Shown here: positions 8,695-17,481 of the stretch, piece by piece
Position numbering within the stretch: position 1 is the first letter of the stretch
Layout of the letters: each line of letters starts with the position of its first letter
Assembly (NCBI GenBank): GCA_965248575.1
Contig: CBDFJQ010000002.1
Location: 2,304,001 to 2,368,000 of the forward strand
Direction: 5' to 3'
Origin: Planctomycetota bacterium
GTDB lineage: Bacteria > Planctomycetota > B15-G4
DNA: 64,000 nucleotides
Made by a program: the position numbers and the translations under genes
The notes under the pieces: generated by a model
What the model saw: the letters and a program-made list of their open reading frames with translations, nothing else
Told to the model about the DNA's origin: nothing
Database searches by the model: none

Positions 8695-11600
8695 ATGAAC
8701 ACCCGCTCACACGTACTGCTGGGCTCGGCCCTCGCGTTGTTGATTCCCTGCCTCCCCGTCACCGGTGCTGTTGCCTGTACCCTCACCGATCCCGTCGCAG
8801 AAGAAGACACCGCGCAGACGCCGATCAACACACCGCCGAGTTCCATGCCGCTCCAGGATTACGAGCGCGACGTGCTCTATCCCTGGCTGTGGGGCCGGGG
8901 CTACGCCGATGAAGCTCTAGGATGGACCGTGGACTCGGAAGTTCGCGACACCGGCCCCTTCGTGGAAGACACCTACTACGGCACCCACCCCGCCGTGCGC
9001 ATCTACTACTCGCCCGAGGTGCGTTCGTGGATCGATTCCGGCCGGCAAGGCGACCTCCCCGACGGGTCGATCATCGTCAAGGAGATGTTCCTGCCGCCAG
9101 CCGCCATCTACAACGAACTGCAACAGAACTCGTGGTTCCAGCAGTACCCGAACCAGTACCAAGCCCTCGAGAGCCAGCTGCTCACGGCCTGGGCCGTCAT
9201 GATCAAGGACCGCGGCGGCGACACCAAGGACGGCTGGTTCTGGTCGTCACCCGGCAACGCCCCCACGCTCGAGGAGATGCTGGCGCCCAGTTCGGGGAAT
9301 TTGGACGACAACTCCCACGTGTCCACCTCGAACTTCGGGGTCGGCACCTGCATTCGCTGCCACGCCTCGGCTGACGGAGAGAACACCTTCGTCGACAGCA
9401 AGAACTACCTGCTCGATGACTCTCCCCTGCAGTTTCGTGTCGACAATTCCTGGCGCACGAAGGACCACCTCGGTGCGACGTACACGAAGATCAGCGCCTT
9501 TCTCAAGCAGCACGACGTCCCGGCCGACGACACGCAAGCGCTGTTGTTGCAGATGAATCTCCCGGAGCAGCAACGCCCCTGGACCGAGAGTGACGCCCAG
9601 AAGGCTGCGGCCTATGTCAGCGCACACATGCCGCGCCCCATCCCCTTGGTCCCGGCAAAGGACGCCCGGGAGGCCGCGAGGAGGTTGTCCGCCAAGTCGG
9701 CTGTCAACACGGACTTCGTGGCGGGGTTCGCCGACCTGGAAGCCATGGTTCGACAGAACCTGTCCCCCGCCGAATTGCAGGCCCTGAGCTTCCCCTTCCA
9801 ATGGGCGGACCACGTGGTCCCGTCACCGGCCATCGAACATGGAGGAGTCGACAACCCCAGCGAATACATCACCTCCGACAACTGCTACGGCTGCCACGGA
9901 GGCCTGGGCGGTGCGCCCTACGCGAACACGATGTTCGTGCAGACCGGCCCCAAGTCGGGCGACGGCTACAACATCTCGGAATACGGCGAGTGGCGTTGGT
10001 CGCCCATGGGGTTGGCGGGCCGCGACCCCATCTTCCACGCCCAGCTCGAGAGCGAGCTGATCACCCTGCTGCAGGAGAACGGCCAGCTCAACGACGGGCA
10101 ACCGGCGTCCGGCGATGTGCGCGTGACCCAGCAGGCCCTCACCGACACCTGTCTGCGCTGCCACGGCGCCATGGGACTACGGCAGAAGGGCATCAACCAG
10201 GGCGGCGACATCTTGAACCCCGGCTTTGATGCCAACCTCTTCTACATCGAGAAGCCTCTCACTGAAGAGCAGGCTAGAAACCCGGACTTCACGCCCCCTG
10301 CGCACGGCGTGAACCCGCCCTCGGGCCTGACCCCCAAGGAGTTCTACAGCTCACACGACCTGGGAGAGCTCGCGCGCGAGGGCATCAGCTGCGCGATCTG
10401 TCACCGCATCTCCCCGCCGGATCCCGTGGCCGCCAAGGCGTGGGTCGCCGAACACCCCGAGTGGTTCGGGGACGACCCGGTCTGGAGCGACAGCTTCTTC
10501 TTCCTGCTGGGCACGAACACCACGGGCCTCTACACCCGAAACCCGGCGAACGAGCTGTTCGGTCCCTTCGACGACGTGAAAGTGAAGCCCATGGAGAACG
10601 CCCTGGGCATCACTCCTCAGGTCTCACCCTCCATGCACCATGACACACCCTTCACTGCGGACTCGGCCATGTGCGGCACCTGCCACACCATCAACCTGCC
10701 GAACATCGGCTCACCGACTGGTGAGAACCCGATCCTGACCGCCTTGGAGCCCAACCCCCACTTCCAGGGCATCTCCCACAGCATCGAGCAAGCGACCTAC
10801 CTCGAGTGGCTCAACAGCAGCTACGGCCTGGGCAAGGACAACAAGAAGGGGCCCGAGTTCCAGAGCTGCCAGGACTGCCACATGCCCAACAGCTTCGAGA
10901 CCCTCGATGGCTCCGTGAGCATTCCCCAGCTGGCCACACAGATCGCGACCATCCAGGACTCCACCTATCCACAAGCGGAGAACCAGCTCTCTCAGGAAGA
11001 CCTCGACATCGCGACGCGTGCCAACTACCGGCGACACGAGCTGGTCGGGCTCAACGCTTTCTTGATCGAGATGTTCAATCAGTTCCCTGACGTACTCGGC
11101 GTCGCGGGCAGCGACTACGAGACGGGCGCCAGCACCGGCGCCCAACTCGCCATGGACAGCATGCTGTTGTCTGCGCAGCAGGAACGGGTCGCCACCGTCT
11201 TGGTGGAGTCCGTGTCCATCGCTGACAACACCATGAACATCGACGTCACCATCACCAACAAGACCGGCCATCGCTTCCCGAGCGGCGTGACCTTCCGCCG
11301 CGCCTTTGTGGAGCTGTTGGTTTTCGACACAGCCGGCACAGTGATCTGGGGCTCGGGCCGCACCAACGCGGGTGGGCTGCTCGTCGACGCCGACGGAAGA
11401 CCCCTCCGCACCGAGTTCCTGGACCACAAGGCCAACCCCTACGATGTCCTGGCCGAGTACCAACCCAACTACCAGATCATCAAAAGCGAGGTCGAGGTCC
11501 AGATCTACGAGGAGCTCATCACCAACGCGGAGCACGAGTTCACCACCAGCTTCGTGCACCGGGTAGATCACATCAAAGACAACAGGCTGCTCCCGGCCGG

Positions 11601-12048
11601 CGCCGTCAATGCCGCCACCTTCGCGGGCGAGGTCCCCGGCTCTGAGATCGGCGACCAGGGCAAGCTGCTGCTAGAGTTCATGCAGGCCACGGAGGCCGAG
11701 GGCCCGAGTGTGGTCGGGGGCACGGACGCCAACGGCAACAGCTTCCCCGAGGACAAGAACTTCACCGCCAGCCCCAATGCCGGCACGGACCAGATCCGAT
11801 ATGCAATCGCCCTGGAGGACCTCCGGGGCAAGGCCGCCCGGGTCCAGGCGACCCTCTATTCCCAGTCGCTCATGCCCGCGTGGTTCCACCAACGTTTCTC
11901 GCTGGCGAACGCAGCCAAGGAGGCCGGCTATGACACACCGGAAACGGATCGACTCTTCTATCTCTCGAGCCGCCTCGACCTGACAGGCACGCCGCTCGAA
12001 GACTGGAAGATGAAGATCGCTGCAGACTCGGCGACGATCGCACCCTGA
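8695..12048 (+). CDS. Exported multiheme cytochrome c with N-terminal cytochrome P460-like domain (6 CxxCH)
   Basis: Signal peptide; P460-type LPDGSIIVKEM, VMIKD...GWFW, CIRCH (9349); further CYGCH (9883), CLRCH (10150), CAICH (10390), CGTCH (10672), CQDCH (10867); C-terminal GHRFPSG. Confidence 0.85.
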   Translation: MNTRSHVLLGSALALLIPCLPVTGAVACTLTDPVAEEDTAQTPINTPPSSMPLQDYERDVLYPWLWGRGYADEALGWTVDSEVRDTGPFVEDTYYGTHPAVRIYYSPEVRSWIDSGRQGDLPDGSIIVKEMFLPPAAIYNELQQNSWFQQYPNQYQALESQLLTAWAVMIKDRGGDTKDGWFWSSPGNAPTLEEMLAPSSGNLDDNSHVSTSNFGVGTCIRCHASADGENTFVDSKNYLLDDSPLQFRVDNSWRTKDHLGATYTKISAFLKQHDVPADDTQALLLQMNLPEQQRPWTESDAQKAAAYVSAHMPRPIPLVPAKDAREAARRLSAKSAVNTDFVAGFADLEAMVRQNLSPAELQALSFPFQWADHVVPSPAIEHGGVDNPSEYITSDNCYGCHGGLGGAPYANTMFVQTGPKSGDGYNISEYGEWRWSPMGLAGRDPIFHAQLESELITLLQENGQLNDGQPASGDVRVTQQALTDTCLRCHGAMGLRQKGINQGGDILNPGFDANLFYIEKPLTEEQARNPDFTPPAHGVNPPSGLTPKEFYSSHDLGELAREGISCAICHRISPPDPVAAKAWVAEHPEWFGDDPVWSDSFFFLLGTNTTGLYTRNPANELFGPFDDVKVKPMENALGITPQVSPSMHHDTPFTADSAMCGTCHTINLPNIGSPTGENPILTALEPNPHFQGISHSIEQATYLEWLNSSYGLGKDNKKGPEFQSCQDCHMPNSFETLDGSVSIPQLATQIATIQDSTYPQAENQLSQEDLDIATRANYRRHELVGLNAFLIEMFNQFPDVLGVAGSDYETGASTGAQLAMDSMLLSAQQERVATVLVESVSIADNTMNIDVTITNKTGHRFPSGVTFRRAFVELLVFDTAGTVIWGSGRTNAGGLLVDADGRPLRTEFLDHKANPYDVLAEYQPNYQIIKSEVEVQIYEELITNAEHEFTTSFVHRVDHIKDNRLLPAGAVNAATFAGEVPGSEIGDQGKLLLEFMQATEAEGPSVVGGTDANGNSFPEDKNFTASPNAGTDQIRYAIALEDLRGKAARVQATLYSQSLMPAWFHQRFSLANAAKEAGYDTPETDRLFYLSSRLDLTGTPLEDWKMKIAADSATIAP

Positions 12049-12136
12049 CCCGTCGGGCAGGTGGAGAGAGGGGCAGCGAGGGGAGCGGCTCTCGAGCGCG
12101 ACACCCGCACTTGGCACCCGGAGAGAAACACGCCCA

Positions 12137-12958
12137 TCAGACGGAGGCCGAGCGCTTGCTGGAGGCGGCACTTGGCTCCCCGTACACCCACTGCCGGGGT
12201 GTCGTGCCCAGCACCCGCTTGAACATGGCGATGAACGCGCTGGTGCTTTCGTAGCCCACGTCCAGGGCGACTTGGGTTACAGGCTGTCCGGCCGCAAGCC
12301 GTTCCAGCGCGTTCAGCAAGCGCGCGCGCTGACGCCAACGACCGAAGGTGTGCGTCGTCTCGCGCTCGAAGACCCGCTCCAGGGTGCGAACGCTGGCGCC
12401 GCATCCGCGAGCCAGTTGTGCCAAGGGGCTCGACGCCGCGAGGTCCTCCAGGACGCGCTCGGCAACACGCCGGGCGCGAGGGTCCATCGGCATGGCCAGC
12501 TCGAGCGGAGCTTCCCCCGAGCTGGCCAGTTGATCCAGGAGGACGCCAGCAAGTCGCTCGTCCTCGGGAGCCGTCGCCACGAGCATCCGGCGTCGCATGA
12601 CCTCCAACACCAACTCTCGGAGCAGTGCCGAAACAGGCATGACGCTGCAACGCCCGCTCAACGACTCCACCAGATCAGGGCGGAGGTAGAGCGTCTGCAT
12701 GCGCGCCGCCCGGCTTGCATGGACCTCGTGTTCGAAGCCTGGTGGAATCCAGACAGCTCGCAGGGACGGAACCACCCAGTAGCCCTTGCTCGTCTTGACG
12801 CTGAGCACACCCCCGACGGCATAGACCAGTTGGGCCCACGGATGGGCATGGAGCTCGGTTCGGTAGCCCTGGGGCAGCCCAAGTCCCATGGAACGCACCA
12901 GGATGTCGGCCTCAGCCGTCGGGGAGTCGCTCGGAGGCTCATGACGTTTATGCGACAT
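12137..12958 (-). CDS. AraC-family transcriptional regulator (cupin + double HTH, RipA/NimR-like)
   Basis: HAHPWAQLVYA cupin, RAVWIPPG, ASVRTLERVF, VALDVGYESTSAFIAMFKRVLGTTP. Confidence 0.93.
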   Translation of the reverse strand: MSHKRHEPPSDSPTAEADILVRSMGLGLPQGYRTELHAHPWAQLVYAVGGVLSVKTSKGYWVVPSLRAVWIPPGFEHEVHASRAARMQTLYLRPDLVESLSGRCSVMPVSALLRELVLEVMRRRMLVATAPEDERLAGVLLDQLASSGEAPLELAMPMDPRARRVAERVLEDLAASSPLAQLARGCGASVRTLERVFERETTHTFGRWRQRARLLNALERLAAGQPVTQVALDVGYESTSAFIAMFKRVLGTTPRQWVYGEPSAASSKRSASV

Positions 12959-13006
12959 AACTTGTCAGGTTAGCGCAAGTTCGCCACCCAGGGTGTCCCC
13001 TATTCT
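12942..13006 (+). promoter_or_regulatory. Putative AraC tandem operator and promoter of the VOC gene
   Basis: Imperfect direct repeats TGACGTTTATGCGACA (12942) and TGTCAGGTTAGCGCAA (12963), 21 bp apart, overlapping the regulator ATG; TATTCT -10-like hexamer at 13001. Confidence 0.5.
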
Positions 13007-13071
13007 CCTGCTCTCCGGGGCCGATCCAGCGGCCCCCTCCATTCAGCTCCTCCAGATTTCGGAGTCCCCGC

Positions 13072-13452
13072 ATGCCCAACCCCATCGCCCACTTTGCAAT
13101 CCACGCTGACGACTGCCAGCGAGCCAAGGCGTTCTACGAGCAGGCCTTCGGTTGGACCTTCGAGCCCTGGGGACCGCCAAACTTCTGGCGCATCCACACC
13201 ACGGCGGACGGAATTCACGGCGCACTCCAGAAACGCCACGAACCCGTCCAAGGCAGCGGCATGATCGGCTTCGAGTGCAGCATCGCCGTGGACGACATCC
13301 ACGCCTCCGTCGCTGCCATCGAAGCCAGCGGCGGCAGCATCACCATGCCTCCCTTCGAGATCGAAAGTGTCGGAACGCTGGCAATGTTCAAGGACACCGA
13401 GGGAAACGTCGTGGGTGCCATGCAATACGTGGCCGGAGCCCAGGACGGATAG
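13072..13452 (+). CDS. VOC/glyoxalase family protein
   Basis: IAHFAIHADD...RAKAFYEQAFGW, IAVDDI, GGSI, FKDTEGNVVG. Confidence 0.92.
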   Translation: MPNPIAHFAIHADDCQRAKAFYEQAFGWTFEPWGPPNFWRIHTTADGIHGALQKRHEPVQGSGMIGFECSIAVDDIHASVAAIEASGGSITMPPFEIESVGTLAMFKDTEGNVVGAMQYVAGAQDG

Positions 13453-13596
13453 CGAGCGCGGTGTGTCGTGCCCGTGACCAGTCGCACACGAGGTTCGAAA
13501 GCGGTCAGGATGTGTGCGGCCCAGAGTCCGTCGCGGCGTGCAATCGCCACGTGATCAGCGCCGACACGCGCCAGCCCCTCAAGGAAGCGTCCTCTC

Positions 13597-14604
13597 ATGA
13601 TCCTGACCGCAACGCTGCTCGCGACTTGGCTTCCTTTCGCCACGGCCTCCGACCCGGTTTCGGTACCGGTCGACGACTCTGTCCTGGCGCCGGACACCCA
13701 GGCGCTCGACGAAGGCGCGGCCAAGGACGGCGTTCACCGCGAATGGATTGCGGCGGACGCCGACTGGGTCCTGCGCCTGGATGCACGCGCACTCTTGAGC
13801 TCGACGCTTGCCCCCGCCCTGGACGACCTCTGGGAGTCAGATAACTTCCTCGAGATGCAGGCGGAGTTCGGCATTGACCCTCGCCGCGACCTGGGTGCCG
13901 TGACACTGTATGGCTCGGCGGAAGAGCCGGAGCAGGCCGTGGCCTTGATGGAAGGAGGGGCCCGTCTCGCCGAAGCCTGGGAGCGCGCTTCCGAGCGCTT
14001 GGCTGGTGAAGCCCATCTCTCCACGGTCACGATGGGAAGCATCGCCCTCCAGCGATGGTCCCAGGACAGCGGGGCCTCCGATGCGATGTTCACCTATCTG
14101 GCACAACACTCAGGATCCGATCAACGCCTGCTGATCGTCTCAGGGCACAAGGAAAGCGCAGCCATCGCCGTTGCCGTGCTGCGCGGCGACGTGGACAGCT
14201 TGCTGGATGACTCCAACACCTTGGCCTCGAAGGTCCCCTCCGCCGGCGCATTCTTCTACGCAGCCGTGAACGAGCGCTTTCGCCGCTTTGAAGAACTGGA
14301 CTCCGCCTCGCCTTGGGCACAGATGGTGGAGAACGCCGCGCTGGAGATCGGTGAGTCCGACGGAGACGCGTTCCTCGGTATCACGGTGGGTACCTCCGAT
14401 GTCAACACGGCGCGGCAGCTTGCCGCGACCCTGCTTGGCTTCAGCACCCTGCTGAACACGGCCGCTCAATCCGACGAAATGCTGCGCTCCTTGCTCCCGT
14501 TGTTGGTGCGCCTCAGCGTCCAAAGCGAAGGCACAGACGTGAACGTCCGGGTGGACTACCCCTTGACGGACCTGCTGCAGTTGGCACATGAACTGGACCG
14601 ATAG
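13597..14604 (+). CDS. Secreted hypothetical protein
   Basis: AAGGAAG RBS, hydrophobic N-terminus, FGIDPRRDL..VTLYG motif, GC3-rich codons. Confidence 0.7.
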   Translation: MILTATLLATWLPFATASDPVSVPVDDSVLAPDTQALDEGAAKDGVHREWIAADADWVLRLDARALLSSTLAPALDDLWESDNFLEMQAEFGIDPRRDLGAVTLYGSAEEPEQAVALMEGGARLAEAWERASERLAGEAHLSTVTMGSIALQRWSQDSGASDAMFTYLAQHSGSDQRLLIVSGHKESAAIAVAVLRGDVDSLLDDSNTLASKVPSAGAFFYAAVNERFRRFEELDSASPWAQMVENAALEIGESDGDAFLGITVGTSDVNTARQLAATLLGFSTLLNTAAQSDEMLRSLLPLLVRLSVQSEGTDVNVRVDYPLTDLLQLAHELDR

Positions 14605-14678
14605 GACATCTGTGTCCCGACTTCGAGGGGTGCTAACGTGCACACTCCCGCAGCCGCTCGGCAGGACCCTACGCACGC

Positions 14679-16262
14679 ATGCCCTTGAAACGGAATCGCC
14701 AGCAGCAGGCGCCCCGGCTGGAACGCGCCCTGCTCCTGCTGGCCGTCACTCTGGGCAGCAGCCTTTCGACCCTGGCTGTCGTGCGTTGGTTCACACACCG
14801 CATCGCGCTGCTGCTGGTCTGGGGGCCGTGGGCCTGGGTCCTGCTGGCGGGGCTGCTTCTCAGCGCGTTGCTGAGCGCAGTTGCCCTCGCGCATCGGATC
14901 CGCGCTGAGCGGGGTCGCCGCCGTTCGGCCCCAAGCACTCCGCCGTCCTGGTCCGCCGACCTGTTCTCCCTGCTCGTGCTCAGCGCCACGCTCTACGTGG
15001 CCTGCGTCCCGAGCTTCGCCACACTGAGCTTCCAGTTCGGCCTCGGGCTCTGCAGCGGGCTCTTCGCCATCCGCGTCTTGGCCGGGCCAAGACCACTCCC
15101 GCGAGCTGCGAGCCCGCTGCTGTTCAGTGCCTGCTTCCTGCTGGTGCTGGGAGAGGTGGGCCTGCGCGTCTACGGCACGATCTGGCCCACACCGCTGCTC
15201 ACCCCAGCGCAGGGCGACGTCGTAGAACACATCGACGCCCACCGCCTCCCGGCCGGGAGCATGCGTTGGGGTTTCCCCAGCAACTCGAGCGGCCACTACG
15301 ACTCGGAGTTTCTGATTCGCCAGCAGCGCGACGGCCCGACGGTTGTTGCCTTGGGCGACTCCTTCAGCACCGGGGTGGTTCCGCACCCGCTGCACTTCAC
15401 CACCGTCAGCGAGCGTCTGATGGGCTCCGTCCAGGTCTACAACCTCGGGGTAGGAGCCACAGGGCCCGTTCATTACGAGCACCTTCTTCAAACCGAGGTC
15501 CTGCCTCTTGAGCCGGACGCGATCGTCCTGAACCTGTTCGTGGGCAACGACATCACACGCCACCTGGAAGGCAGCCCGGGTGGGCTCCGGGAATGGTTCG
15601 AGCGGGATCATCTGCGGCTCCTGCTCCTGCCCCAACGGCTGATGACCCTGTGGCAAGAAGGGCGCGACGCGGGGGGCGGACCGTCGTCCGACATGCTCTC
15701 GGACATCGCCACCCCCCAGGGGGAGGGACAGGGTGCGGGCGACCGACGTGCTGGTTCGGACAGGAACGGCCAGGAATCGATCGAGAGCCTGAGCACCCAC
15801 TTCCCCTGGCTCAACGACCCTTCGCGCGAGAAACAGACCTTCTCCCGCCAACAGTATCTCGAGGTCGAAGTGCGCCGCGCCCTCCGCGTGTGTGACCGCA
15901 GCATCGAAGGCTATCCGAAACTTCTCTCCGTACTCGACCGCATGGCAACACTCGCCGGCGAGACTCCCTTCGCCATCGCCTTGATCCCCGACGAGTTCCA
16001 GGTCGAGGACTCCCTGTGGAACTCCATCACGGCCCAAAGCTCGCTGGACCTTGACCGGGATCGCCCCCAGCGACTGCTCTTGACGGCCCTGAAACAACGA
16101 GGGATTCCCGTGCTGGATTTGCTGCCCCTCTTGCGCGCAATGCCCGCACAGGCGGATGGGTCTCGGCACCTGTATCACCTGCGGGATACGCACTTCAACG
16201 CGCGCGGGAACCAACTAGCCGGTGAGGCCTATGCAAGTTTTCTACCGACCCTGCTGCGCTGA
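14679..16262 (+). CDS. Membrane-anchored SGNH/GDSL-fold protein (AlgX/AlgJ-like)
   Basis: About 5 N-terminal TM segments; LGDSFS, YNLGVG, FVGND, DTHFN blocks. Confidence 0.8.
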   Translation: MPLKRNRQQQAPRLERALLLLAVTLGSSLSTLAVVRWFTHRIALLLVWGPWAWVLLAGLLLSALLSAVALAHRIRAERGRRRSAPSTPPSWSADLFSLLVLSATLYVACVPSFATLSFQFGLGLCSGLFAIRVLAGPRPLPRAASPLLFSACFLLVLGEVGLRVYGTIWPTPLLTPAQGDVVEHIDAHRLPAGSMRWGFPSNSSGHYDSEFLIRQQRDGPTVVALGDSFSTGVVPHPLHFTTVSERLMGSVQVYNLGVGATGPVHYEHLLQTEVLPLEPDAIVLNLFVGNDITRHLEGSPGGLREWFERDHLRLLLLPQRLMTLWQEGRDAGGGPSSDMLSDIATPQGEGQGAGDRRAGSDRNGQESIESLSTHFPWLNDPSREKQTFSRQQYLEVEVRRALRVCDRSIEGYPKLLSVLDRMATLAGETPFAIALIPDEFQVEDSLWNSITAQSSLDLDRDRPQRLLLTALKQRGIPVLDLLPLLRAMPAQADGSRHLYHLRDTHFNARGNQLAGEAYASFLPTLLR

Positions 16263-16269
16263 TCGACCT

Positions 16270-17328
16270 TTAGCCACCTGGCAGGCGCGACGCCGCCCGC
16301 TGCGCCCGTTCGCGAACCCGCGCATCCTGGGTCTGGTCAGAAAGCTGAAGCAGCTCGGCGCGTGCGACGTTCAGGACGGCGAGCACGTCATCCACCCAGA
16401 CCTCGTCCGCGGCGGACTGCAGCACGGGTTGAAGGGCCGCTCTCCCCAGGCCGCCCAAGGCGCTCGCGGCCCACTGCTTGAGGGTCTTTTCGTTGTCCCT
16501 CTCAAGCACACTCACGAGATGTGGGATCGCCCGCGCTTCAAGGGCGTCCACCAGCAGGCGCGCGTCCGAGAACTCATGCGTGCCTCGCCGCAAGCCCTCC
16601 AGCAAGCCGGAGAACACCGCTGCCGTCAGCGCGTCCCGGTCCACGTCGGACACGCTCACGAGCGCGCTGATGAGACCCTGTGCTGCTAGCTTGCTGTCGC
16701 GCGTCACGTTCTCCACGGCGGACAACACAGCCTCCCGCTGGGCTCCCGCGTCGTGGGTCCCGTCCTGGAGACGCGTGACGAGTCGCAGGGCGAGGTTGCG
16801 AGCTGCCCGACCACGCCCTGCGGCATTGACCCCAGCGATCGCCACCTCCAACTCCGCCACCGACCCTTGCTCGATCCACTCGACCACTGCTGGGTGGGAC
16901 ATGTGCCCCAGCCGACCCAAGGCCACAGCCAGGGCGGTGCGGGAATTGATGGGGCCCGTCTGGAGCGCGCGGATCAAGGCTGGGACCACCGGCTCTCCCG
17001 CGCCGACGAGCGCGTCGAGCAGGACGTCGCTGTCGTTCAGATAAGGAGGCACCTCGAGCAGCTCGATGAACACCTCGGGCGAGCGAGACGCCAGGCTGCG
17101 CAAGGACCCCATCGCCCGCCCTCGCAGGGGGTCGTCTTCAAAGCGCAGGCCCAACAGGCCCGAGACAGCTTGGCGATGCTCCCCCGGCGGCGCCTCGCCC
17201 AGGGCCGCTGCAGCGAGCAGGCGCGCGAAGACCTCCTGACCCTCCAAATCGGCAAGCCAGGCATCCGTCCCCTTCGCGCACCCACTGAGGCACAGCAGGA
17301 GAGTGAGCATCACTCCGACTCGGTCCAT
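16270..17328 (-). CDS. HEAT-repeat lipoprotein
   Basis: Lipobox LSGC; helical repeats AAAALG, VPALIRAL, AIPHLVSVL...AASALGGLG. Confidence 0.7.
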   Translation of the reverse strand: MDRVGVMLTLLLCLSGCAKGTDAWLADLEGQEVFARLLAAAALGEAPPGEHRQAVSGLLGLRFEDDPLRGRAMGSLRSLASRSPEVFIELLEVPPYLNDSDVLLDALVGAGEPVVPALIRALQTGPINSRTALAVALGRLGHMSHPAVVEWIEQGSVAELEVAIAGVNAAGRGRAARNLALRLVTRLQDGTHDAGAQREAVLSAVENVTRDSKLAAQGLISALVSVSDVDRDALTAAVFSGLLEGLRRGTHEFSDARLLVDALEARAIPHLVSVLERDNEKTLKQWAASALGGLGRAALQPVLQSAADEVWVDDVLAVLNVARAELLQLSDQTQDARVRERAQRAASRLPGG

Positions 17329-17481
17329 GGTGCACTCCGCGATCCGCCAGAGATGGGAACAGCCTGGAATCGTACCCACTCCCTGCGAGTTTGTTCAGGC
17401 CTCAAGGCCGAGTACCCTCACCCCGCACACTGGGATCATTGAACTGTCGCGCCACCAGGCGCTGACCACACGGGCAACCCC

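Noticed and set aside
8393..8710. N-terminal 106 aa of the 655-aa ORF
   Set aside because: Overlaps the divergent gene start and spacer; TTG at 8392 has an RBS and gives a lipoprotein signal.
8695..12048. Hydroxylamine oxidoreductase or anammox marker
   Set aside because: Six CxxCH rather than the octaheme HAO pattern, and no amo or hzs context.
14556..16214. 552-aa minus-strand ORF
   Set aside because: Shadow of the SGNH gene.
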